Assembly (NCBI GenBank): GCA_965215605.1
Contig: OZ244070.1
Span: forward strand, 896,001-960,000
Source of the DNA: an uncultured Candidatus Binatia bacterium
GTDB lineage: Bacteria; Desulfobacterota; Binatia; UBA9968; JAJDTQ01
Direction: 5' to 3'
Length of the DNA: 64,000 nt
Translations under genes and position numbers: made by a program
The notes under the pieces: generated by a model
Seen by the model: only the letters and a program-made list of their open reading frames with translations
Databases searched by the model: none
What the model was told of the DNA's origin: nothing
Shown: piece after piece, positions 47,155-56,774 of the stretch
Layout: every line of letters starts with the position of its first letter
How positions within the stretch are numbered: position 1 is the stretch's first letter

Positions 47155-48456
47155 ATGAGCCAACAACGCTTCAACCACCAACTGATGGATTTCCTGGCCG
47201 CGTCGCCCACGCCGTTCCACGCGGTCCGCGAGATGGCGGGATGTCTGGCGGACGCAGGCTTCCAGTCCCGGCCGGAAGCCGACGCTTGGCGGTTGGAGCC
47301 CGGCGGACGCTACTTCACCACGCGCAACGACTCTTCGATCATCGCCTGGACCGTGCCCGCTCGGGCCACGCTGCCCGAGAGCGGACTCCGCATGGTGGGC
47401 GCCCACACCGATTCGCCGTGTCTCAAGGTCAAGCCGCAACCCGAGTCTCAAGGGAACGGCTATCTTCGGTTGGGCGTCGAAGTCTACGGCGGCGCGCTGC
47501 TCAATCCCTGGTTCGACCGCGACCTGTCCATCGCGGGACGGGTGAGCTATCTCGACCGCGACGGGCTCATCGCGCACCGGCTGGTCGACTTCGAGCAACC
47601 CGTGGCCGTGATCCCGAGCCTGGCCATTCATCTGGACCGGGAGGCCAACGAGCGCCGCGCCATCAATGCTCAGACCTACCTGCCGCCCGTGCTGGGCCGT
47701 CAGGGCAAGGAGTTCGACCTCAAGACGCTGCTGCGTCAGCGGCTCGAGACGGACGCCGGCACGAAGGTCGGCCAGGTGCTGGACCACGAACTGGTGCTCT
47801 ACGACACGCAACCGCCGGCCTTGGTCGGCCTGGACCGGGAGTTCATCGCGTCAGCGCGGCTCGACAACCTGCTGAGCTGCTTCGTGGGGCTGCGCGCGTT
47901 GCTCGAAGCGGAGGGCGACTCCGGGGCGCTGCTGGTCTGCAACGATCACGAGGAGGTGGGCAGCACCACCGCCTCCGGAGCCCGGGGGCCCATGCTCACC
48001 CAGATGCTGGAACGCCTGCTGCCGGCGCCCGAGGACCGCAACCGAGCCCTTGCCCGGTCCATGCTGATATCGGTGGACAACGCCCACGGCATCCACCCCA
48101 ACTTCGCCGACCGGCACGACGGCAACCACGGGCCGCTGCTGAATGGCGGCCCGGTCATCAAGGTCAACGCCAACCAGCGCTATGCCAGCAACAGCGAGAC
48201 CGCCGCGGCCTTCCGGCGTCTGGCGGCCGACGAGGGAGTCCCGGTCCAGACCTTCGTGGTACGTAGCGACATGGCCTGCGGCAGCACCATCGGCCCCCTG
48301 GCCGCGGCCGAGACCGGCGTCCGCGCCGTGGACGTGGGCGTGCCCCAGTGGGCCATGCACTCGGTCCGGGAGCTGGCGGGCGCGATGGACGCCTTCAACC
48401 TGAGCCGTATCCTGCGCCGCTTCTTCGCCACCGCCCGCTACCGTGGCGTCCCGTAA
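47155..48456 (+). CDS. apeB: M18 family (aspartyl) aminopeptidase
   Basis: SPTPFHA, GAHTDSP, RLDNL, DHEEVGS, CGSTIGP, MHSVRE. Confidence 0.92.
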   Translation: MSQQRFNHQLMDFLAASPTPFHAVREMAGCLADAGFQSRPEADAWRLEPGGRYFTTRNDSSIIAWTVPARATLPESGLRMVGAHTDSPCLKVKPQPESQGNGYLRLGVEVYGGALLNPWFDRDLSIAGRVSYLDRDGLIAHRLVDFEQPVAVIPSLAIHLDREANERRAINAQTYLPPVLGRQGKEFDLKTLLRQRLETDAGTKVGQVLDHELVLYDTQPPALVGLDREFIASARLDNLLSCFVGLRALLEAEGDSGALLVCNDHEEVGSTTASGARGPMLTQMLERLLPAPEDRNRALARSMLISVDNAHGIHPNFADRHDGNHGPLLNGGPVIKVNANQRYASNSETAAAFRRLAADEGVPVQTFVVRSDMACGSTIGPLAAAETGVRAVDVGVPQWAMHSVRELAGAMDAFNLSRILRRFFATARYRGVP

Positions 48457-48510
48457 ACGGAAGCGGGGAGTTTCGTCGGGTATCTGTTCCGGCCGGACGA
48501 CGCCACGCCC

Positions 48511-49491
48511 TTACAAGTGGGTGACGAACGGCCCCTGTCCGCGAGTGGGTTGTCGCTGCGGGGATGCCTGTCTCGTTCCAACCAGCTCCTCACTCAGCAC
48601 CGCCAGCGCCTTCAGGAACCGGGGCGCGTTTCGGTTGGTGTATCCGGACTCGGTCATGACGGCATACAAGCTGATCTGCGAGCGTAACCAGTCATCCCCG
48701 ACCTTGACCAGACGTCCGGACTCGAGATAGCGGTTCACGAAGCCGTTCCAGCCCATGGCAATGCCTTCGCCATTCACCGCCGCCTCAAGCAGCAGGAGAT
48801 AGTTCTCGAATGATTCTTCCGGTGCTTTCGGGGGGCCGCAATCGTGGGCGCGGAACCAGGTCGTCCATGTCGCCCAACTCGGGTCGCGCGGCGCAAGAGC
48901 CAACCGGGCTACCTCCGACCAGCGTCGAGGATGCCTGGCAAGCACCCGCTCAAACCGCTTCAGGAAAGCGGGTGAAGCGACCGGGACGACCTCTTCGTCC
49001 AGCACCTTGATCGCGTTTGAATCGGTGGGTGCGGCCGTGTATTCGAAAACGATGTCGACTCCCGACGGCAACAGCAAATCGACCATGTCGTAGTCGCATG
49101 TCAGTACGCGCAGGGGGACGTCCTTCTCGAGAGACCGCCTGAACTCCGAAAAAAAAGGCATCAACAGGAAGTGGAATGTCTCCTGCGTGCAGACGACGAT
49201 CAGGTTGGCGGGTTGGCGGCCGAGCCCGTGCGCGGCGACATGCAGGCCATCCAGCGACGACTTGACGGCGGCATAGTACTCCTGGCCGCTTGCCGTGAGC
49301 ACCACCCCTCTGCCCTCGCGCCGGAACAACTTCTCGCCGACCACCGTTTCCAGATTGCGGATGTGGCGGCTGACCGCCGACTGGGAAGTGTTCAATTCGT
49401 CGGAAGCCCGTATCACGCCGCCGAGCCGAGCCGTGGCCTCGAACGCGACCAACGAGCTGGTGGAGGGAATGTTGAACCGGAAATCATTCAC
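48511..49491 (-). CDS. LysR family transcriptional regulator (GcvA-like)
   Basis: LVAFEATARLG...ELNTSQSAVSRHIRNLE...LFRR HTH plus substrate-binding domain. Confidence 0.9.
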   Translation of the reverse strand: MNDFRFNIPSTSSLVAFEATARLGGVIRASDELNTSQSAVSRHIRNLETVVGEKLFRREGRGVVLTASGQEYYAAVKSSLDGLHVAAHGLGRQPANLIVVCTQETFHFLLMPFFSEFRRSLEKDVPLRVLTCDYDMVDLLLPSGVDIVFEYTAAPTDSNAIKVLDEEVVPVASPAFLKRFERVLARHPRRWSEVARLALAPRDPSWATWTTWFRAHDCGPPKAPEESFENYLLLLEAAVNGEGIAMGWNGFVNRYLESGRLVKVGDDWLRSQISLYAVMTESGYTNRNAPRFLKALAVLSEELVGTRQASPQRQPTRGQGPFVTHL

Positions 49492-49614
49492 ACCCTGTAT
49501 GGTATCAGTTTGTCCGGGGTTCCAAAAGATTTACTGCGCGACCGTTCCGATCTCAGCGCACGGTTTCGACTCCTCCCGGACGCGGCGCACCCCTTTACCG
49601 AAGGGTGGCCGGCG

Positions 49615-51309
49615 TCAGCCCACGGTGGCGCCGCTGCTGACGCTCTTGAGCCCTACGGTGCCGTCGGTGATCACGTCCACCACGGTCGGCCTTCCCTTCT
49701 TCAGGGCCTCCCTTACCGCGTCCTGAATCTCGGCGGGGTTTTCCACCCGCAGACCCTCGGCGCCGAAGCCCCGGGCCACCGCGGCGAAGTCGGTGTCGTT
49801 GAAGGCGGCGGGCGAGTCGCCGCCCAGGTCTCCGGTGGCGATCATTCCCAGGCCCGAGTTGTTCATGACCACGAAGACCACCGGCAGGTCGTATTGCACC
49901 GCGGTGGCGATGACGTGCACGGACATGGCGAATCCGCCGTCGCCGCTCACGCTCACCACCGGCCGATCCGGGTGCACGAGCTTGGCCCCCACCGCGGCGG
50001 GAGCGCCCCAGCCCATGCCGGCGAGCCCGCCGGGCACGAACAGGGTCCCGGGCGCCCGGGTCTGGTAGTAGTGGGCCATCCACACCCGGTTGCCGCCGGC
50101 GTCGAGGGTGACGATCGTCTCCGGGTCCAGTGCTTCGTTGAGATCCTTGACCAGCCGCTGGGGCATGATGGGCACGGCGCCGGAGTGAAGGGCGGCGTTC
50201 TCGAAGTAGTTTTCCGCGCGCTTGCGTTGCTCCAGCCGCGCCGCCCCTTGCCGGTGGCTCCGCTGAAGGCCCTCCCCGCCCGTCTGCAGCAGTTGCTTCA
50301 ACACGGCCCTGGCATCGCCGATGAGCGCCACCGCCACGGGATAGGACCAGCCGGCGTTCCTGGGTTCGATGTCGATCTGGATCAGCCTCTGGCGGTCGCT
50401 GTCGATGAGCAGCTCGCTGTTAGTGTCGTTGGGGGCCAGCCGGGAGCCCACCACCAGGATCGTGTCCGCTTCCTGAATCACGCTGTTGGCCACCGGCTGG
50501 CCGTACCGGCCCATCATGCCGAGGGCCAGCGGGTGGTTCTCCGGGAATGCGCTCTTGCCGTTGTACGTCGTTGCCACCGGGCTTCCCAGCAGCTCGGCCA
50601 TGGCCGCCAGCTCGTCGTAGGCTTTCGCCGCGTGGACCCCGTTGCCGGCGATGATGACGGGCCGCTCAGCCCCCTTCAGCAATTCGATGGCCGATATCAG
50701 CTCCGCCACCGCCGGCATGGTCGGCTCCCCCTGGAGCCAGTGTTCGGTGGAGTGGACCCGCGGCGGCTTGTCCGGATCCAGCTCGCCCGCGATGGCCGCC
50801 TGGCGCATGATCACCGCGGTGGGTCCATGACGCCCGGTGGTAGCGTGCTTGATGGCCATCTGAAGGCCCAGCACCGCTTCCTTGGGGGTGGCGGCGAGAA
50901 CCGAGAACTTGGTAATGCCGGAAAACAGGTTCCTCAGGTCGAAGCCGCCATAGTGCCCCCAGCCGCTGGCGTTCCTGGGATTCAGCGAGAAATCGCCGCC
51001 CTCGGTGGTATCCGCCAGCACCACCATGGGCGAGCCCGCCAAGTGGGCCTCCAGGGTTCCGAATATCGCGTTGGTGCCGATGAACGCCCCCTGGCCGAGG
51101 ACCACTCCCGGCTTGCCCGTCAGCCGGCCGTAGATGTCGGCCATGACCGAGGCCGCCTGCTCGTGCCGCACCAGGATCGGACGCACCCGATCCGCGTAGT
51201 GGGACAGCGAATCGAATATGCGCATGGCGCTGCCGCCGGGTATGCCGAAGACGAAATCCACCCGCGCCTCGGCGAGGACCTCGCAAATCTTCGTGTGCGC
51301 TTTGACCAT
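49615..51309 (-). CDS. Thiamine pyrophosphate-binding enzyme (acetolactate synthase large subunit-like)
   Basis: VFGIPGG, VRHEQAA, GDGGF...VMNN ThDP motif. Confidence 0.9.
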   Translation of the reverse strand: MVKAHTKICEVLAEARVDFVFGIPGGSAMRIFDSLSHYADRVRPILVRHEQAASVMADIYGRLTGKPGVVLGQGAFIGTNAIFGTLEAHLAGSPMVVLADTTEGGDFSLNPRNASGWGHYGGFDLRNLFSGITKFSVLAATPKEAVLGLQMAIKHATTGRHGPTAVIMRQAAIAGELDPDKPPRVHSTEHWLQGEPTMPAVAELISAIELLKGAERPVIIAGNGVHAAKAYDELAAMAELLGSPVATTYNGKSAFPENHPLALGMMGRYGQPVANSVIQEADTILVVGSRLAPNDTNSELLIDSDRQRLIQIDIEPRNAGWSYPVAVALIGDARAVLKQLLQTGGEGLQRSHRQGAARLEQRKRAENYFENAALHSGAVPIMPQRLVKDLNEALDPETIVTLDAGGNRVWMAHYYQTRAPGTLFVPGGLAGMGWGAPAAVGAKLVHPDRPVVSVSGDGGFAMSVHVIATAVQYDLPVVFVVMNNSGLGMIATGDLGGDSPAAFNDTDFAAVARGFGAEGLRVENPAEIQDAVREALKKGRPTVVDVITDGTVGLKSVSSGATVG

Positions 51310-51523
51310 GAAGTGCTCCCGGACCGCGAGGTCCTCTCTGGCGCGGTCAACCGCGCCGGCTCCCGGCTGCTTGCATCGACGATTCTCATGGGCCTACACT
51401 CGCTGTCGAGCTTGTTAGCGAAGAACACGCTGTTTTGCCATCGGGAGGGCGGCGGAACCCCTCCGCCTGCCTTGACGCGGAAAGCCGCCGGCACTCCCTC
51501 CGCCGCTTAAAGGAGAAAACCTG

Positions 51524-52408
51524 GTGCAAACCGCAGACGAGAAGTTCGTTGACGTGGACGGCATCCGCACCCGCTACTTCGAGAAGGGCAGCGGTGAGAA
51601 CGTCGTGCTGATTCACGGCGGCGTTTTCGGGTCCAACGACGCGGCCGACTGCAGCCTGGACTGGGCGCTCAACTTCGACGCCCTGGCCCGGTGGTTCCAC
51701 GTCTACGCCGTGGACAAGCTCGGACAGGGCCTGACGGACAACCCGCCGACCGACGCCGACTACACCATGGCCGCAACCATCCGCCACGCCATCCGGTTTC
51801 TCGAAGCCCTGGGACTTGGCGGGGTGCATGTCGTGGGCCACTCCCGCGGCGCCTACGTGGCGGCGCGCATGACCCTGGAACGGCCCGACCTGGTGAGGTC
51901 GTGCATCCCGGTGGATACCAACACGCTGGCGCCGGGCATGGGCCGGAACCAGATCGTCTTCGCCGACGCCCCCGAGCCCCGGCTCACGCGGGAGAGCCAG
52001 CGATGGGTGATTGAGCGCTATTCCTACAGCGGCGCCCACATCACCGATGACTGGCTGGACGCGGCCGTCGAGATCGCGCAATCGCCGAAGTACCAGGAGA
52101 GCGTGGAGAAGATGGTCACCCAGGGTCTCCGAAAAAGCCTGTTCCTTACCCGGCACTCGATGCAGAAGGATGAGACCCTGGGGTGGATCCGGGACCGCGG
52201 CCTGCAAAAGCCCACGCTGCTGGTGTGGGGCTACAACGATCCGACGGCTACCCTGTCTCAGGGAATGCGGCTGTTCGAGTTGATGTGCATGCGCGAGCGC
52301 CGTTCACGGATGCACATCATCAATCGGGCCGGGCACTTCTCCTACCGCGAGCACCCCAGGGAATTCAACGAGGTGCTACGCGGCTTCATCGCCAGCCAGG
52401 GGCGGTAG
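51524..52408 (+). CDS. Alpha/beta hydrolase (meta-cleavage-product hydrolase-like)
   Basis: LIHGG, GHSRG, WGYND, AGH...EHP. AAGGAG RBS. Confidence 0.85.
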   Translation: MQTADEKFVDVDGIRTRYFEKGSGENVVLIHGGVFGSNDAADCSLDWALNFDALARWFHVYAVDKLGQGLTDNPPTDADYTMAATIRHAIRFLEALGLGGVHVVGHSRGAYVAARMTLERPDLVRSCIPVDTNTLAPGMGRNQIVFADAPEPRLTRESQRWVIERYSYSGAHITDDWLDAAVEIAQSPKYQESVEKMVTQGLRKSLFLTRHSMQKDETLGWIRDRGLQKPTLLVWGYNDPTATLSQGMRLFELMCMRERRSRMHIINRAGHFSYREHPREFNEVLRGFIASQGR

Positions 52409-52429
52409 ACCCCCGCCGCGCCACCCCGG

Positions 52430-52453
52430 ATCCCGGATCGAGTCCGGGATGAC
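52430..52453. repeat. REP-like palindrome
   Basis: ATCCCGGA-TCGAG-TCCGGGATGAC between convergent genes. Confidence 0.55.
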
Positions 52454-52468
52454 GCGGCGGGCGGGTCT

Positions 52469-54508
52469 CTACCCTCCCAACCATTGCAGCAAGACTTCCT
52501 GGGGGCCGGCCACCACGCCCTGGGGCCAGGGGATGTGGAGGGTGTAGTGGAACACGCCCAGCAGGACGGCAAGGGCCAGGGCGGTGTAGCCCAGGCAGAG
52601 CCGCCATCCGGCGCGGGCGCGCAGCGCCAGATACAGCCACATGAACAGCGGCACGGTCAACAGGAAGCCGATGAGCCAGATGGAGGCCAGCAGCCCCAGG
52701 ATCCAGCCGAAGATGTCGGCGGCCCTGCGCGCGACGAGCCCTCCCGGAACGCCGCGCTCCGCTTCCAGGTCCATGATCCGGGCCGCGCTTCCGCCGGAGA
52801 CCCGGAACAAATCCAGGAAAAGCTGGGCTGCGCACATGCCCACGGCCACCAACCCCACCACCAGGGGAAAGAGCCGGGCCTGGGCCGGCCACCCGCGGGC
52901 GGTGATGACTCCGGCAAGGACCAGGAGGAGAATCGCCACGGTGAATACCGCCGGCACGCTCAGATGGAATTGGAACCGCGGCCCGGAAGCCTCCGGAACC
53001 GGTTCTTCTCCCACCGCCATGCCCGGACCGGTCCACCTTTGACCGTAGACCAGGCTGGCGACGATGAGCGCGCCGATGACCAGGACGATGGGCCGCCACA
53101 GCCAGGTTACACCGAAGTGGCTGGCGGAGATGAAGAAGTAGTTCTCCAGCACGCTGCTCAGCACCAGGCCCAGGATGAGCGGAGGCCTGGGCCAGCCGAA
53201 GCGCTTCATGAGCCATCCCAGGAAGCCGAAGGACAACAACAGAAGCAGGTCGCCGTGGTGGCGCTTGGCCTGGAATGCCGCCAGGAACACCACGACGATC
53301 ACCAGCGGCGCCAGCAACTGGACCCGGACGTTGGCGAGACGGGCCAGGAAATTGGTCAGGAGCAGGCACAGCCCGGTGCCGAAGATGTTGGCGATGGCGA
53401 TGCTCCAGACCATGGTGTAGGTGATGTCCAGGTGCTTGGTGAGCATGTCCGGGCCCGGGCTGATCCCCTGGATCAGGAAGACCCCGAGCAGGATCGCCAT
53501 GGAGGCGCTGCCGGGCACGCCGAAGGCCAGGGTCGGGATCAGCGAGCCGCCCTCCTTGGCGTTATTGGCGCTCTCCGGGGCGATGACGCCGCGCACGTCG
53601 CCGGTGCCGAAGGAATCCCGCGCGCCGCGCTCGGTCTGCACCGCGTGCCCGTAGGCGAACCAGTCCACCACCGCGCCGCCCAGGCCGGGCGTAGCGCCGA
53701 CCCAGACCCCGACGGCGCTGGAACGCAGCACCAGAAACCAGTGACGGAGGGCGTCGCGGATGCCCACGGTCACGCCTCGCAAGGCATCCCTGGGCACGTC
53801 GGCGATGCGGGTGCCGCGGATCACCAGGTCCACCATCTCCGGGATGGCGAAAATGCCCAGGGCCACGGGCACCAGCGGGACTCCCTCCCAGAGGTAGAGC
53901 TGGCCGAAGGTCCAGCGCATCTCCCCCACCTGGTAGTCCATCCCCACCATGCCCACCATCAGTCCCAGCGCCCCCACCACCAACCCCTTGAGCGGGGCGC
54001 CACCGCTCAGCACCGCCACCATGGAGATGCCCAGCATGCCCATCATGAAGAACTCGGGGGCGCTGAAGGCGAGCACGATGGGGCGCAGGACCGGTATGGA
54101 TACCGCCAGGATGGCGGCGCCGAAGAGCCCGCCCATCATGGACGCCATGTAGGCGGCGCCGAAGGCCCGGCCCGCTTCTCCCTTCTTGGCCATGGGATGG
54201 CCGTCCAGGATGGTGGCCTGGGAGGCCGCCGTGCCCGGCACCCCGAACAACACCGAGGGGATGGTATCCGACGTGCTCGTCACCGAGATCAGCCCGATCA
54301 TGACCGCGAACGCGTTCAGGGGTTCCAGGTCCAGGGTGAACGGAAGCAGTATGGCCAGCCCCACGAGCCCGCCGAGGCCGGGAATGGCGCCGAGGGACAG
54401 GCCCATGACGACGCCGAGGGACAGGAAGACAAGACTCCGGGGGATCAGGTCGAAGAAACACGGACAGCCGAAGATGTTCTCTACCGCGCCGAGGGCTGCG
54501 TCCCACAT
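52469..54508 (-). CDS. TctA-TctB fusion permease
   Basis: TctA motifs (GVPGT, ESANNA, GWPRPP) followed in frame by about 170 aa similar to TctB at 16557. Confidence 0.87.
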   Translation of the reverse strand: MWDAALGAVENIFGCPCFFDLIPRSLVFLSLGVVMGLSLGAIPGLGGLVGLAILLPFTLDLEPLNAFAVMIGLISVTSTSDTIPSVLFGVPGTAASQATILDGHPMAKKGEAGRAFGAAYMASMMGGLFGAAILAVSIPVLRPIVLAFSAPEFFMMGMLGISMVAVLSGGAPLKGLVVGALGLMVGMVGMDYQVGEMRWTFGQLYLWEGVPLVPVALGIFAIPEMVDLVIRGTRIADVPRDALRGVTVGIRDALRHWFLVLRSSAVGVWVGATPGLGGAVVDWFAYGHAVQTERGARDSFGTGDVRGVIAPESANNAKEGGSLIPTLAFGVPGSASMAILLGVFLIQGISPGPDMLTKHLDITYTMVWSIAIANIFGTGLCLLLTNFLARLANVRVQLLAPLVIVVVFLAAFQAKRHHGDLLLLLSFGFLGWLMKRFGWPRPPLILGLVLSSVLENYFFISASHFGVTWLWRPIVLVIGALIVASLVYGQRWTGPGMAVGEEPVPEASGPRFQFHLSVPAVFTVAILLLVLAGVITARGWPAQARLFPLVVGLVAVGMCAAQLFLDLFRVSGGSAARIMDLEAERGVPGGLVARRAADIFGWILGLLASIWLIGFLLTVPLFMWLYLALRARAGWRLCLGYTALALAVLLGVFHYTLHIPWPQGVVAGPQEVLLQWLGG

Positions 54509-54543
54509 AGGTCTGCTTCCCTTGAAATCAGGGTCCGATTCCC

Positions 54544-54567
54544 CTAGTGTCGTGTCCCGTCAATTCG
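54544..54567 (+). repeat. Short terminal arm of the MITE-like repeat
   Basis: CTAGTGTCGTGTCCCGTCAATTCG versus CTAGTGTCCTGTCCGGTTAGTTCG (reverse complement of 12440-12463). Confidence 0.55.
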
Positions 54568-54615
54568 GAGTGTGCCCAACACAAACGACCGGAATCTACC
54601 AGATGAGGACGGAAC

Positions 54616-55038
54616 ATGGGTATCGCAGCCATTGATCATTGGGTCCTGGTGGTCAAGGACCTGGAAGAGACTTTCGCCTTCTACCGCAAGATCGGCCTTG
54701 AGGCCGGCTGGCAGGAGCGTCCCGGCGGGCGCGGGAAGCGCCCGATCATCCGCATCAGCGACACGCAGAAGGTGAACCTGTACGTGGTCGATCGCTACAC
54801 GACCGAGAGCCCGACCCACGCGCCCAACTTCGCCACGGGGGGCGCGGACTTCTGTTTGCGTTGGGAAGGAACGGTGCAGGAAGCCCAGGATTTCCTCCGA
54901 CAGGCCGGCGTCGACGTCATCTCCGGACCCGTGGCCCGCACCGGCTCCCAGGGCGTCGGCACCAGCCTGTACTTCCGCGACCCCGACGACAACCTGATCG
55001 AGTTGATGGCCTACGGCGACCCCGCGTACGCCTCGTAG
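54616..55038 (+). CDS. VOC (glyoxalase/bleomycin resistance) family protein
   Basis: IDHWVLVVKDLE..FAFY and SLYFRDPDDNLIE. Confidence 0.9.
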   Translation: MGIAAIDHWVLVVKDLEETFAFYRKIGLEAGWQERPGGRGKRPIIRISDTQKVNLYVVDRYTTESPTHAPNFATGGADFCLRWEGTVQEAQDFLRQAGVDVISGPVARTGSQGVGTSLYFRDPDDNLIELMAYGDPAYAS

Positions 55039-55057
55039 GGGCGACCGGCGGTCGCCC
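55035..55057 (+). repeat. GTAG-type REP palindrome
   Basis: GTAG followed by GGGCGACC-GGC-GGTCGCCC hairpin. TAG is also the VOC stop codon. Confidence 0.6.
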
Positions 55058-55066
55058 GCGCCACGG

Positions 55067-56269
55067 CTATGCCGCCTCGGGCCGCGGGCCGACGGTGATG
55101 GGGCCCGGTTGGTAGAGAATCTGGTCGATGCCGGATTCGTCCACGTCGAGCTTGTAGAGCCCGACGGCGTTGTCCATCAGGATCTTCTTGCGCTCCTCCG
55201 CGGAATCGACGTCCTGCAGCGAGTGGGTGCGGCACCACACCGACTTGGGCCAGGTGGTGGTGCCGTGGGGGTAGTCCACCGAGTACATGATCTTGTCCAC
55301 GCCGATCTCGTCGCGGCTGCGGATGCCGTGGCGCTCATGCCAGAAGGTGGCCCACATGTTGGTCTGGAAGACATCGCTGGGCTTGCGCGTGAGGGTGGAG
55401 TTCTCGGCAACCTTGCGCTCCTCGAACTCGTGGTCCAGCTCCTCCAGCAGGTAGGGCAGCCAGCCCACGCCGCTCTCCACGCTGATGGTCTTGAGCCGGG
55501 GAAATTTCTCGAACACGTCCGAATAGAGGATGTTCGAGACGATCTCCATGTGGCTCACGAACGTCATGGACACGCCCAGGGCGAACTGCGCGCTTTTCTC
55601 CAGGGACTTCCAGGGAGGCAGCGCGGGCAGCGCGGTGGAGTGCAGGCAGATGGGCACGTCGAGGTCGCAGCAGGCCTGAAAGACCGGGTACCAGTAGGGA
55701 TCGTTGAAGTGTTTGAGCCCCAGGATGTGGGGGGCGCCGTGCCACACCAGCGCCTTGTGGCCGCGCTTCACCGCGCGATGGATCTCGGCCACGCACAGGT
55801 CCACGTCCCACATGGGCGCGACGCACTGGGCGATGAACCGGGGCGTGACGTCCTGCCACTCGTCGATGAGCCAGTCGTTGTAGGCCTGGATGCAGGCCAG
55901 CCGGAACGCCTCGCTGCCTTCCTTCTGGAAGTTCTGGTTGGTGATGCCGATGATGTTGGGAAAGAGCACCGAGGCGTCCAGCTCCTCCTGATCCAGCACC
56001 TTCAGGCGCTCCGAAACCATGTATGTGGAACGCGGGACATCTTCCCACCTTTTCACGTTGGGGTTGACGCCCGAGACCCGGGCGAGCCCGCCGAACCCTT
56101 TGGCGTTGCTGCCCAACGACCAAGTCTGGGTGCCGTCCGGCAACTCGATGATGTGCGGGATGTCGTCGCCGAACTTCGCCTTGGACATCCTGCTAGTCCA
56201 TACATCGGGGGCCTCCTGGATGTGATCATCCGCGGAGACGACGCCGTATTTCATCTTGAGCGTTGCCAT
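55067..56269 (-). CDS. Amidohydrolase family protein
   Basis: VSADDH, CLH, VESGVGWLPY, SVDYPH, NAVGLY. Confidence 0.88.
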   Translation of the reverse strand: MATLKMKYGVVSADDHIQEAPDVWTSRMSKAKFGDDIPHIIELPDGTQTWSLGSNAKGFGGLARVSGVNPNVKRWEDVPRSTYMVSERLKVLDQEELDASVLFPNIIGITNQNFQKEGSEAFRLACIQAYNDWLIDEWQDVTPRFIAQCVAPMWDVDLCVAEIHRAVKRGHKALVWHGAPHILGLKHFNDPYWYPVFQACCDLDVPICLHSTALPALPPWKSLEKSAQFALGVSMTFVSHMEIVSNILYSDVFEKFPRLKTISVESGVGWLPYLLEELDHEFEERKVAENSTLTRKPSDVFQTNMWATFWHERHGIRSRDEIGVDKIMYSVDYPHGTTTWPKSVWCRTHSLQDVDSAEERKKILMDNAVGLYKLDVDESGIDQILYQPGPITVGPRPEAA

Positions 56270-56410
56270 GGGTTTCGATCCTCCGGTCGACATCGCCGGT
56301 CCCTGTCCCGACCGACGACCGAATGTACTCTCGCCCCCATGACGCTGTCAATGCGCGCCCTTGGCGTGGTGCGCGCCATGGTAAAGGCCGGAGATCCCGG
56401 AGGGGAAACC

Positions 56411-56597
56411 ATGCAAATCATCAATGCCGACGGCCACGCCAACGACCGGGGGCAATTTCCCGCGCGAGGTCTTCGACGCCACAAAGTGCCGCCACGAAAT
56501 CGACGGGCTCCTGGAGCGCGGCGATCTCACCGAGCAGGACAAGGCCGCGGTTTTGGGAGGAAACGCGATGCGGTTCTATTGTCGGGAGAGCGTGTAA
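56411..56597 (+). pseudogene. Internally deleted amidohydrolase gene
   Basis: Start MQIINADGHAND joined out of frame to the C-terminus NFPREVFDATKCRHEIDGLLERGDLTEQDKAAVLGGNAMRFY. Confidence 0.7.
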
Positions 56598-56774
56598 CCG
56601 CCGCCCGGCCCGCGCCGTAGGCGGAGACGTGAAGCTCACCGGCCTCTGCCTGCCGGACAGGCTGCGCCGCGATGCACGGCGTTGGCGGCACGCGGCCGGT
56701 GCGGCTTGACAAACCCGGGACAACTCACATAGTGGGGGGCCATGACGTACGATGAACCACAAGGAGGACAACGT

